Part shown: positions 1 to 12,552 of the stretch, in pieces | How the letters are laid out: the number at the start of each line of letters is the position of its first letter | How positions within the stretch are numbered: the stretch's first letter is position 1 | NCBI GenBank assembly: GCA_050273025.1 | Contig: CP158635.1 | Location: 31,682,001 to 31,746,000, forward strand | Source of the DNA: Cenococcum geophilum | Lineage: Eukaryota | DNA length: 64,000 bases | Direction: 5' to 3' | Position numbers and translations under genes: made by a program | Notes under the pieces: generated by a model | Seen by the model: only the letters and a program-made list of their open reading frames with translations | Told to the model about the DNA's origin: nothing | The model's database searches: none

Positions 1-3000
1 CTCCTTAAGCAGCTATTAATACTCTTCTTATTTAACCAGTTCTACTAACTCCGCTATATAGATCCTTATTACCTTTACATCTTTTTATTTACAGAACTGG
101 GTAAAATTAACGGTATAAGTGCATTTAATGTTGTCTAGGTTAGGGCGTGTTTAGTTTTCCAGTGCTACGACTAGGCTAGTATGGCTTAGTTAGCCTAGGG
201 GGGCGGAAATGAGGCGGTGGCCCTATATAGTACGCGCGGGGGACGGGTATAAGGTTAGGCGTTACGGGGGGGAGGTCTTAATTACTTTGGTTTTAGTCTT
301 AGCTATAACGCCCTTAGCTGTTATATATGCGGTCGTATATGCGTATAGTAAATAACTTAGGGTTAGATATTTTATTAGCTAACTTAGGTTAAGCGGGTAT
401 ATACGGGGGACTTATAGTTTTAGTAGTGTTTATTTTTTAGGGGATAGGGCGGTAGTTTAGTCTTCCAGAATCTCTGCTTAGTTTACTATGTGTATTAGCT
501 TACTAGTATTAGGCACCTCTTTTACTATTAGCTAATAGTATCTAAGCGTTAGCCGTGCAATGCGTCCGCGTGGTACTACTTAGTTATAGTTAGGAATATG
601 CTATAGAAGATAGTTATAGGCATAGTAATTAGAGTTAAACTTAAGCTCTAGGGCGGGGAAGTCTGCCCTTAGGTTATGCTTTTTAAGCTAGGGTATTCTA
701 AGAATTACTAGTATAGAGGGTGATAACTTTATAATATAGAAGAGCATAGATTCTATATAGTGGCTAATTATTATTATTACTATAAAGTAGTGGGTAATAA
801 ACCCGGATAGGAGTTTATTAGTAAGGCGGAGTGGTTTTAGGACTGGGAGTCTTTTTATTATAATATTATGCTTTTTTATAAGCGAGTCTTTATCTATAAA
901 CACTAGTACTATACTATTAGTGTTAATAAGGCTTACTGTTTTAATAAGAACTTATAGGAGTAGGTTACGCGGTAAGGAGAGGTAGATCTAAATAAGGATA
1001 GCATTTCTATTGCTATTTACTATTCTAAGGTTAAGTAGTAACTGGCTTAAAATAAGGTCTAATTAATCTAGTAGTATAGATTTAATCCTTTTATTCTCCT
1101 CCCTATATAGTTCTAACCTTTAGAGGCGACTTAGTTTAAGGGTTAGCCTTTTAATAGCTAAATTGTAGGGCTTAGCTGGTGGCTGTAGTTTTAGCTAGTA
1201 TATCCTAACGTGTTGGTCTCTAACGGTGTATATATGCTAAAAGGTACTTCACTAATAATATAGCCGGTTTTATAATTGGTAGTAGCACAGAGTACTTATT
1301 CGTAGTTTGCGTACGGGACTATCGGCTAAGGCTGTATTAGGGAAGGGAATTGTAGGGGTAGGTCTCTGTATCCGAACCCACGTCCTTATCTATAGTTACT
1401 GCCTTAATTACCATCCCCTCTATTAAAGAATCTGCCGCGGCTAGAAAGGGGTTAGCGCGGTAGTATTAGAAGGGGATTTAGGTTTTTCTAGGGGTTGTAA
1501 GCATCTTTCTAGTAGCTAGGTTGACCACACATTATATAAAGTCTGTTATCCGTATAATATCTTTAGACATTATTAGGGAGACTATTACTACTACTGTTAA
1601 ACTTAACGGCGTTAAGGTCTATTAGGTTATTCTACAGTAATATAGGTTAATAGCCGCTAGCGGTACTTAGCTTAGCGGTATTTAGCTTAGTATAGTAGGT
1701 ATAGTTCTATAGGTTATAAGCGAATACATCTATCTGCTTATTTTAGCCTTTATAGTTAGCATCGCCGATTTTATAGCTAAGGGTAAAGGCTAGGTCCTTT
1801 ATCTTAGAGGAAATATTCTTCTTAAGTAGATTTACTTTTTGTTCCTTAGTCTTGTTTACTTTAATTATTAACTTATTAAGCTCTGGTTTCTAAGACCAAT
1901 AGTTACGCTTACCTTAGCTTAAGATATCCAGCTTATTTTTAGCTGCTTGGGTTATATCTATAGTCTTATAGTGCTTCCTTATATACATAAATATAGACTC
2001 TCGGTTAGAGAAGGTCTATTTACTTAAGTTGTTTGGGTGTATACGTAGTATATTAAGGCTATGCTTAATATAGTTATAAGCTTTATCTATTAGCATATCT
2101 AATATATAGAGGACTTCGTCCATTGGGGTCTTAAAGCACTTTACATCCCTTTAGAAAACGCCTTAGATCTTTATTTCCTATATTTTTAAATTTTCTTACT
2201 TTTTAGTTAGTGATCCCTTACCATTAAATAGGGTTAGATCTTTTGCTTTACGCTTTTTTCTATAGGGCTTAGTTAAAAAGGGAGAGTTAGTAGCGGTGTT
2301 CTTGTTGGTAATGGTCTGGATAAGTATAGTAATTTAAAGGCTTAGACTTTATATGGTCTGAGTATTTGTAAAGGCTTATTATTCGTATTATTATATATAT
2401 AGTTTAAGTATCTTAAGAGAGTTAATTCTCTACTAAGCTTCTTTAAGTTAGGACTTTATAGTTCGGCCTTTATTATAGATGGCTTAGAGACCACTCTTAA
2501 CGCTAGTTAGGAAAGTTATATATATAGAGAGGTGCTAGAAGGTTCCTGCTATATTAAGGTTCTTAGGGTACTCCGGGCTACTTCTAATTGCCTAGGCAAT
2601 GTGGGTATAGGAGGTATTAAAAAGGTAGGCAAGTGCTTCGCGTATATTCGCCGATAGGGTATTATCTATATTATAGTCGCTTATTTTAAGGGATCTGTAT
2701 AAGACAATTAAAGTCTTTAAGGCTGGCTGTAGTACTAAGATTGTCTATAACTGTGCTAGGGTTGTTTAGGACTTATAGTACGGTGTTATTAGTTATGCCG
2801 GGTCGTAATTATACTAGGAAAATAAAAATAATAGACTAGGAAAAAACAAAGGTTATAACAGAGCGCAATTAGGGATACTATAAACTATCACGGTGCTATA
2901 ATAAAGTAGACTAAATAACTACGTTGTGGTATAAAGAGGAGAAGAAGGTAAAAGGGGGTATTGTATATAAATAGTAGGGCCAGCCGCTAAGGCGCTAGTA

Positions 3001-3071
3001 GTGGGCCAGCTAATAGTAGGAAATAGTATAAGATAGTATAAAACAATATACGTTAGGTTAGTGCCGTAACA
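1..3071 (-). mobile_element. Gypsy-type LTR retrotransposon (Gypsy-C), 5' part; continues beyond the left edge
   Basis: LTR at 2784-3071 (minus reads TGTTACGGCAC...TAATAACA). The internal minus strand holds a degenerate retropepsin-like segment near 690-960 (SLINTNS..VFIDKD..KKHNI). It abuts and interrupts a second Gypsy gag at 3072. Confidence 0.75.
2784..3071 (-). repeat. 5' LTR of Gypsy-C (288 bp)
   Basis: TGTTA...TAACA inverted termini; the partner LTR is outside the window. Confidence 0.7.
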
Positions 3072-4262
3072 GTCTATTCCCTTTAGTAAATCCTATTATT
3101 AATCTTAATTGCTTAATTAATTAGTTCTCTTAGGGTTTCCGCATCTTCTATTAGGATAATTACGTCCTAGACTTTTACCTTAAGTCCCTATTTATACTAT
3201 GCTATAAGCGCCTTATTATTCTATTTAACTTATATAGCTAATATTTAAAACTATATTATATACTTAATTACTAAAGTTCTTTATATTAGGTTTTAAAGCT
3301 TTCTTTTTACTATAGTAGTTACCTCTAGGTTTCTAAATATTTATATTAGGCGTTTTATAAACCTATTCTAACTAGTAAATATATACCGTACCTCCTAGTT
3401 AGTAGTTGCTATACCGTTTTCCTATACCTCTATTAGGTAAGGCTTAAACTACTTAAGTGCCTCCCCGTTAGGAATAATCCTATATAGGCGACTTGGTCTA
3501 TAGGCGTTACTGGCTTTGCTCCCTCCTGCGTAACCTTAAAGTGCATTTCTATAAGGAATTCCTTAAGCTTTAACTTCTCTTCTAAAAACCGCTTAATAGA
3601 TAGTAGCTTAATCTTAGCTACTCTAATCCTATTAATTCTTTCTTTAAGTATCTTGTTATTATCTATAAATTAATTAACTATTTCCTATAATTATCCAACC
3701 ATAATTAGCTAAGAGTTAGTGTTTACTATACTAGTATTGTTACCTAATCTTAATATAGTTGCTACCGTTAACGACGTTATAACTACTACTTTTAATGGCA
3801 TATTATTTAACTTTATTAATACCGTAACTAGGTAGTAAATATATAATAAAGCCTTATGGGAAATACTACGGTAGACTTATTAATAGGCTAGGTGTATAGG
3901 TAAATAAGAAGTTAATAATATAATAATAACTAGTAGAGTAGTTACCTAATAGATTAACTCTAATTATATTCTAAGATTTACTACAAAGAAAAGAACTATT
4001 TAGGTAGGGACTGTGGTCCTTTAAATACATAATACTGTGCCTAAGAAATGTACTAAGTACGTTAGTATGTTAATATATCAGTATATTACGTTCCTACATT
4101 CCTACGTTCCTACGTTCCAAACTTATAACGTAATTCACTATATAACTTAGTTACCCCTCGTCCTATAGTTTAACTAGTTCTAGCACCTCCCGTACTTCCA
4201 CTACTAGTCCGTTTATATCTCTTCTTAGTAGTTCCACTACTACTAATATAAGGTCCGTAACA
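3072..4262 (-). mobile_element. Truncated Gypsy-A-related element (5' LTR plus gag start)
   Basis: 3072-3840 aligns with the gag of the 12553-20538 element (about 19350-20110). The LTR at 3842-4262 resembles 20115-20538 and both end GTCCGTAACA. Confidence 0.85.
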
Positions 4263-5165
4263 TTATTAAGCAGTATATATTAAAGGTAAGTAATGCATAT
4301 ACTAGGCATACACTATATTTATACCTCTAGTAGATTTAATTCTTATTTTAACCCTAGGATTATATAACTATAGCTTCTTAGAGAAAATAATAGGGAGAGT
4401 AGAAAAGTATTTTATTAAGTATTTAAATATAGCGGCATTAGACACTACGAGCACGCCTATAAGAATATCCTCTATATATACCCCGCATATAATAGGGTTA
4501 AGCTTAAATTAATTAATAACCTCTAAAAGCGTAGCAGTCGTCTATACTAGGCGGTAGAGATTAATAAAAAGCCTAAGTAAAGTATAGAAAAGTAAGCATC
4601 GTTTATATATATTAAATATATACTTATAATATATAGCTACTACTATAGTATTCCATAATTATAGCGGTAGTATATTTACCCTAGGATATAAGAACGTGTA
4701 TATAGTAAAAGTAAACTAATAAAAAAATTGTATAGAGTACGCGTATAGCCAGCGTATGCGTAATATATGCTTATTATATATAAATTAAGTTTATCGGTTA
4801 TTCTAGTAGTAGTAATACTAAACCATAGTATACTGCCTAGCCTTTATTATTAATAACCGCTTAAGTAGATATTTAATACCTTCGTCTACTTATAGAATAT
4901 AGAATTTAAGAACTAAAACAAGAATATACCTATATTAGATATTTAATATTAAAGCAAAAATATTGTAGTATATAATATTTTATCTTATATACGCTAAGTA
5001 TATATTAACCCTATATAGGGTTTAACCACCTATAAGGCTAAGGTAAAGTAGTAAGCCGAATATATAGTACACAGCTAGATTGCTATATTCCTATTAATAT
5101 AGTATAGTATCCTTATATTTGCCTTATTACGCAAAATTCTTATATATATTATCCACTATACCTAA
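4263..5165 (+). pseudogene. MULE-like (Mutator-type) transposase relic, segment 1
   Basis: The frame reads IPINIV*YPYICLITQNSYIYYPLYL and continues across the Copia TSD at 11055 as IKLLINLTN; de-RIP it gives a 'PY..L...H.H.PP.P.K.P' motif. Confidence 0.45.
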
Positions 5166-8100
5166 TGTTAGTATGCTTTAACAACGTGCAGAATATATAT
5201 ATCACGATGATATGTACTATGCGGTGTTGTAAATAGATCTTATCTTTTAATACGAAGAAGGGTAAGGGACCTAAGGTTCCTTACCACGCTAGTGCCGCGG
5301 CGACACGTGATGGCAGCTTGCCTTATATAACGGCAACTTGCCACACGTAACGGCAGCTTGCCGCACGTGACGGTAATTTGCCTCCTATTGCAATGCAACT
5401 TATTCTAGCTACACTAGGAGTACTTTTAAAACGTAAAGAATCAGTATTATAAAAATCCGTATATACACTTCTTCTTCCTTCCTTCCTTCCTTACTTCCTT
5501 ACCCTATGCTTTTAAACCAGTGCTATTACCAGTAGCACGTTCTACCCATTCTACTGTCTTTAACTCGATTCGGTTTGTGTCAATAAGTTGCTTAAGGGCT
5601 AATAATGGTTTGCTTTTAGTCATAGCGTCTATAGGGTTACTATCTCTATCAATCTACTTAACCTTAGCTATTTCGCGTCTTTTATATAACTAGCGTAGGC
5701 ATATGACATTAATCATGAGTCTCTTCTCCTATATAGTTCCTAGCTTAATAAGGCATTCGTAAATTAACTTAGAATTAGTATAAAGGATAAGCGGTAGGCT
5801 AATATTAAGTTACAATTCGACTGTGGCCTTAATTACAGCGCTAATGTTGAAACTATAGGCTATAGCATATAATTCGGAGGCTAGTATACTCCTAGTAATT
5901 CTCTTATACTTAACTAAGGACTAGTAGATGATGTTCGCCTTATTTAATAAGTCTGCTAGTACCAGGATATATCCAATCTATAATAAGAGGTCCTTATTAT
6001 TTATAAATAAGGAATCAGTAAATATAAGTAGTTGTAATATCTCTATATCAAGTTTAACAAAGCTTAAACCTCTTATTAGGTTCTCAATTTGCTACTAAAT
6101 CCTCTTATTAAGCAGTTTTGCGTCTTTCTCGTTAGGGTTAATCACCTAGGCAGCATAGGATAAATTAAAAGAGGCTTTAGGTTGGCATACGGACGTAATA
6201 TAGGCTCCTCTTGCTCGTTAGGCGATATATTAGTCCTTAGGTATAAGTACTATACAGATAGTACCTCTGGAGCTAGTTGTTATAATAGCTTCCTTAATAT
6301 TAACAAGGGTTAAGTTCTAGCATTAGCGCTCCTATATAAGCATAATCACATAATCCTATTATTAAATAATGCCTCCGTTAAACTTAATTGGGTACTCCAG
6401 TATAAGTTACTCACGTTCCTTAGTTAGGAACTTAGTTTTTCAATCTTCTCCTATTCCAAAGCTGCAAAGACTAAGTTAGCCAATAGGAGGGTATCATCAG
6501 TCTATAGGCCAACTATTCTAAAGTTTATAGGGTTATTAAGGTAAAGTAGGCAGGGGTTATAAGTAGATTAGCTTATGTTTAGTTCTTTAATATAGTGGTT
6601 ATAGTAAGTCTTAAACCAATAATTGCCTGCCTTAGGAATGCCGTATAAAGGTCTAACAACCTTTAGGATTGTACCTTATAAGACTCCAAATACTATACTA
6701 AGTTTAAGAGGTGCTCTGATATAAAAGTCTCGATTTAGTTTCATAGCTAATTATATATAGGCCTGTAAAATATCTTATAAGTAAAGATATTTACTATTAT
6801 CCTAAGTTATAGCTATAATATAGAGGATAAGGCGTTGGCTAACTCATTAAATTGTAGGTAATTAGGTTAGTATGAGGTCTTTCTCTAGGTCGTTATATGC
6901 CTATATAACTAATCTTAACTTCTTAAAGGCTTTATCAGTGCTAGGGTTCTTAATCTCGTTAACGAATCTAAAGTTAAATACTCTATTACTTTACGGTATA
7001 TCTTTAGGGTTAACCAGTTCAAAAACTCCTTTCTTAAGTAATCCCTTAATTTCCTTCTAGCATAATACTACAAACTAATTAGAATTTGTGAGTTAATTAT
7101 TATCCTCATCTTATAGATATATTAAGATGTTCGCGGTATTCGCTTTAATAGGGTACTTGCGTAGTCTACCTCTTCCACGCTTAACGGGTTAAGGTCTAGG
7201 CTTAGTTTAAGGTAGGGGTTTAGGTTCAGTTTAAGGTAGGGGTTTAGGTTCAGTTTGAGGTAGGGGTTTAGGCTCAGTTTAGGGTAGTTCGCTTTCATCA
7301 TCTTCTAGCTATATATCCTCTATAATCTCGGGGTCTACTAAATATAGTTTTATAACTATGCTACGGAAGTTGGTGGGTCTATAGGGAAGTTATATAGTAC
7401 AGGTCTTATTTTTAATACTAAGTAGGTTGTGTGGACCAGACCAGTAACCAGGTTAGCCTATAGGTCCTTCTCTCCATACCAATATAGGTAAGTTAAGTGG
7501 TAGTTTATAAATCGCGGTTGTTTTAGGTCCGTTGTGCATATTAAGGGCATCTACTACTTAGCGCTCAGCTCTAAGCTTCTTAACTTCTTCCATAGCCTTT
7601 TTAAGAGCTGTTACTTGTTATACAACTATAGGATTAGGTGCGTCGGATTCCACCATACGTGGGTAAGCTCTGAATACTAGTAAGGTAGGTATAAAACTAT
7701 CAGGGCCTGCGGAATCGTTAATTACTTTAAAAGCCATTTATAGGGCCATGTCCTTACTAATGTCCGGTAGTTCCGCAGTAATGATATAGTATATGCGACG
7801 GAGGGGGCTATAGTAGCGTTCTACTATTCCGACTAAATTATGGGCTTCGACAGGTACGCTTCTTATAGCTATTCCAAATATTATAGCGTATTATTTGAAT
7901 TCCTTGCTTATAAAGTTCTTGCCTGCATTATATATAATAATATCAGGGGGTCCTAGGTATGTGTCAATCCAGCATATTTATAATACATCCCATATATATT
8001 TGGCGCTAATATTTTACAGCCATCTACCAGTTTAAAATCATGTTCCTTTATTAACAATATACAGAAGGGGAGCGCCATCAATATACATAATATCAACTAC

Positions 8101-11049
8101 GATTAAATAGTTAAAATTAATATTATTATATAAGGTAAATCTAAATCTACCAGGCGACTTTCCATATTTTTAACAATAGTGGCAGTAGCGTATAAGATAA
8201 TCTAAGGTCTTGCTATTAATATCGTGTCCTAAGCGTTCAAGTATTCATATAAGACGCTTAACTAAAGGGTGGCCAAAACGGCGATGCAGTCGTTTCAATT
8301 CTACGTCGGTAAGGTAGCAGAGGTTTTATTTAAATAACTTAGTCAAATAAGTATATAGGGATATATTTTAAAGTAGGAAAGGGTAGCCAAAGCGATATAC
8401 GACGGGTACTTCGCTCCAAGGGGTAATTAGCATATTTTTCAGGTTATTATAGTATACTTATAGGTAATCTATATCTGCCAAGCAAAGCAAAAATAGGGTG
8501 TTAACCTTAATAATATAAAACTCAATTATGCTAATTAGGGTAGTTACTTTAGCTAATCCAATTAATGAGGTTAATCCAATGCCGAACTATATGTTAACTA
8601 TACCTTATATAGTGGTATTAAGCTATACATCAGTATCGAGTCTCTAGAATACCAAGAATTGGCCATATCCTGCTATAGATCGTTTAGATGCTCCTATATT
8701 AATTATTATACCTATAAACTTATCTACAGTATAGCGGGACGTGGATGTGGTTACATTATAGGTAAAGGGGTCCTAGTCGGTTATAAGAGGTACTATATTG
8801 TCTATAGTTGTAACCAAATGGCCAAAGGCTTTATCAGCTAGGGTGGCGGCCATAGAAATCACTTTCTGCTGTTCTACTTGGCCAAGGGAGGTATAGTAGT
8901 AATTAATATTCAGTTATAAGTTCTTATCAGTTACCTCGTAACTTACATCAATAGTCAGTACTTAAAAAGCTTCCTTAAGCTCTTCTTCTAAGTCAGTATC
9001 GTCATCCTCATAATCCATAATATATTAGTTAAGTCGTTTCTTAAATCGGTCATCAAATTTACCAAACCTGTCTCTGTTAGCAGTTCTGAACTTAGCTTTA
9101 AACTCTTCTTACTCCTCCTTAGTATGTCTCTATAAGCGGCATCCTTCCCTATTACATATAAAGCAACGTAGTTTCTTTCAGTTGCGGTTATACGGAGGGT
9201 TACTACAGTTACTGCGGTTGTAGTTATTATCTCTTTTATAAAATCATCGGTCTATAAAGAAGGCTTGTGTCTTCTCCGTATACTCTTTCTTGTATGCTAT
9301 AATAGACAATTAGAGTTTATTAATAAGGGCTCCAAGGTTATCCGGTGGGTCAGAGACTGTATATTTACATACTGGTATTCCCTAGCAAGAAGTAACGATT
9401 TTATTATAAAGGAAGTCTATAGTTTATAAGGTGGGTCTAAGGCCATACTATAGTTAACGAAGTCTATAGATTAACAATTGGAGACATTCGCTTATAGACT
9501 TATCTATATTTTCTGCCATTACTATTATAAGTGTAATAGTATTCCATTCGTCCAGATTCTTGCGTTAAAATTATAGTCCTTTAAAGAAATTCCAAAGGTG
9601 CTCGTAAGCTTTGGCAAATAGTAGGCAGAACAGTTGGTTTATATAGAAGTGGTCTAAAGCTAGTCCTTTTAGCATAGTAGGGAATGCCTTAAGGTAGGCT
9701 TCTTGGGGTACGTCCGCTCGATTGCAGATATCGTAAAATATTGTTAATTTATAGTCGAGGCTTTCATTTATACCACCGTATTTCTGCTCCTCTATATATA
9801 TCTTAGCTGCATTCACAATTTCCTTACTATAGCCAGTCATAGTAACAGGGCGGTTCTCCTCATCTATAGACTGTACGTGGAGTTACTGTATTATCATTAC
9901 GGGTTAAGGCGTAGCAGATAGTGTAGAGGTGGACGTAGTCATAGATTAAGGTATAATAGATAGTATAAAGGTAGAGGTAGTCGGTGTACCGGTTAGTTAG
10001 GTTGCAATAGTTTTAGCTTATCATTGCTCCTCTAAGGTACCCTCTATCATATATACCTTAATCGATCTTAATAGCGTCGGTCCGTACTTATTATTAGCTA
10101 ATTTAATCATCTCTTTACTCTATTCAGTTTAGTCTTTTTCTTATACTATATCATATAAAGACTAAGAAAGTATTTTGTTTCATTTATAGTTAACATTAAC
10201 CTATACTCCTCTAATGTTTAGGTAGTTACGTAGTTACTAAAGCCAGTATAAGGGGATTTGCGTAAAGATATCAACCGTAAAGTCCTTAAAATCTCCCTAG
10301 AACAATTCCCAGAGTGTTAAGTTAAGCTAGTTATGTATCTCTATATATAGGTACATCTTACATCATAGGTAGTTAGTCAAGTCATCCTTAGAGGCTTCCG
10401 TTGGGTTAATTCCATCTTCCTATTTAGCTGCTTCTTCCTCCTAGTCTTTCTCTGTTCCTAACATCTTGTGTCTTATATATTATTTAGGTAGATAAGGGTA
10501 TTCATAGGGTAAAGGTAGGGGAGCGGTTAAGGAGGCGGTTAAGGAGGTTTAAAGGGGCGGTTAAGTAGGATAAGGTGTTTTGCGCAGTGGTCCTCTGGAA
10601 TAGATAGAACGAGATATCTAGAAGTCGTCATAGATACCAGACAAGTACTTCTAGGTGGTTTCTCTTCTTCTCTTTAACTGAAATAGGCTAATACGAAAGG
10701 TAGATAAGTACAACTATCTTCCAATCTACTGCAAGGTAGACAGTATAACTGTCTTCTAAGCTATCTGCGTGTTTCCTAATCTATACGCGCTCACTAATCA
10801 GTATTAGTATGCTTTAACAACGTGCAGAATACATATATCACGATAATATATACTATGCGGTATTATAAATAGATCTTGTCTTTTAATACGAAGAAGGGTA
10901 AGGGACCTAAGGTTCCTTACTACGCTAGTGCCGCGGCGACACGTGATGGCAGCTTGCCTTATATAACGGCAACTTGCCACATATAACGGCAGCTTGCCGT
11001 ACATAACGGCAATTTGCCTCCTATTGCAATGTAATATATTCTAGCTACA
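5166..11049 (-). mobile_element. Copia-1, complete Copia (GalEa-like) LTR retrotransposon, RIP-degraded
   Basis: 248-bp LTRs at 5166-5413 and 10802-11049; TSD CCTAA at 5161-5165 and 11050-11054. The minus strand shows gag (ORF 9571-9840), protease, integrase (LHRRFGHP) and then RT/RNase H, i.e. Copia domain order. Confidence 0.95.
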
Positions 11050-11054
11050 CCTAA

Positions 11055-12552
11055 TAAAGCTACTAATTAACCTTACTAATAACGGAGTTAAAGTAATAAG
11101 GTAGGTAGAAGTCCTAAGCCTTACTATATATATGCCCCATATATGCATAGTATATATAAATAAAATTACTTACTATAGTATAAGTCGATTTATCCTATTA
11201 TTGGAAGATTATACTTTATATAGGAAGTATAGGACGTAGACACTACATGTAGTATATAGTAGTCTTAATATTAAGGATTAAATTACTGCTTTAATTTAAA
11301 AGGAGAGGATACTATAATTTTTAGAAGGGATGGCATATATAGGTAAGTATAGGTTAGATATATGCTATATATATATAAAGCCTAAGCGAAGTAGGTATAG
11401 TACGCGAATTCTCTATAGACTAATATAAAGAGAACACTAAGCAATAAATTTAAGTAATTTATAACTTTAATAATAAGCATTTCCTTATTGTATATTATAT
11501 ATACGCGTAAGCTAAGGTATTCTAACACGTAATATATATTAAAATAGACCTATTATTTAAAATAGTATAAGGTAAAATAAATCTATTCTTAATTGCGAGA
11601 TAAGACAAGAATTTAAAATGTATGCACGCTCTATACTAAGCATATACTAGGCGTAGGCTAATGTTTATAATAGGAATTAAGGTATAGGTATATGCCTTTT
11701 TTTAATCTAGAAACACGTATTGTATATATAAAGATATTTAAGCTAGTATTTAAGGTTTTAGGTAATACTGCCCGATTATTTATATAATTTACATATATTT
11801 AGGGAACTAGACTTTATACAGCTATAGTTAATATATATAAGAAATAAGCTAATGGTATATATGTGGGGTGTATATACTTTATGTATGCCTGGTATATACT
11901 AACGGTATATGGGCTTTGGGGATTACCTATGTCTAATTAACCTATTACGTAAATAGGACGAATACCTTTAATATATACTTATATTCTGCCTAGTATATAT
12001 TAAACGGAACTTTATAAAGCGCTTTCTAACTTATAAAATAAGGTATATTATAAAGCAGATATAGGAAGTGGAGATAGAATAGAAACTTATAGCGCGTATA
12101 TAAAGTATATACACACTATATCTAGAGCTTACGACTTAGATAAATAAGAAGGAAATATAGATCCTAGCTAGGCTTATAAAGGAAAAGTTAAAGGTCCTTT
12201 ATAAGTGGTAGGCATATATACAAAAGTATACTAAAATTGGTAAAAGTAGTTACTTTTAAGACAATAACTTTACTAGTCGAAAATTATGCGTACTTACTAT
12301 AGTACATTAGTAATATATACGCTCTATATATATGCTATAGTTTAGTATAGGTTTAAACTCCATATATAAGAGATGTTTAATCTATAAGAGCTATATAAAG
12401 AGACGGGAATAGATAATATATAGAGAAATTAATACAACTTAAAGCGGATAGTAGTATAGCTACGGAAATAATGTATATATATACGCTGTAAATATAAAGT
12501 AGATATTAAGCTTAAGTAGCCTAGAAATAGCAAAAAGTAGCTAAGTGATAAG
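11055..12552 (+). pseudogene. MULE-like transposase relic, catalytic segment (intron-containing)
   Basis: De-RIP motifs: EIDLSFKMVQG (~11540), TATVDMCKKQA (~11820) and GFGDYL...EHLQHILIFCLVH.KRNF (~11915-12015), which contains the CxxH motif typical of Mutator-type DDE transposases. The sequence resumes at 20544 after Gypsy-A. Confidence 0.55.
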
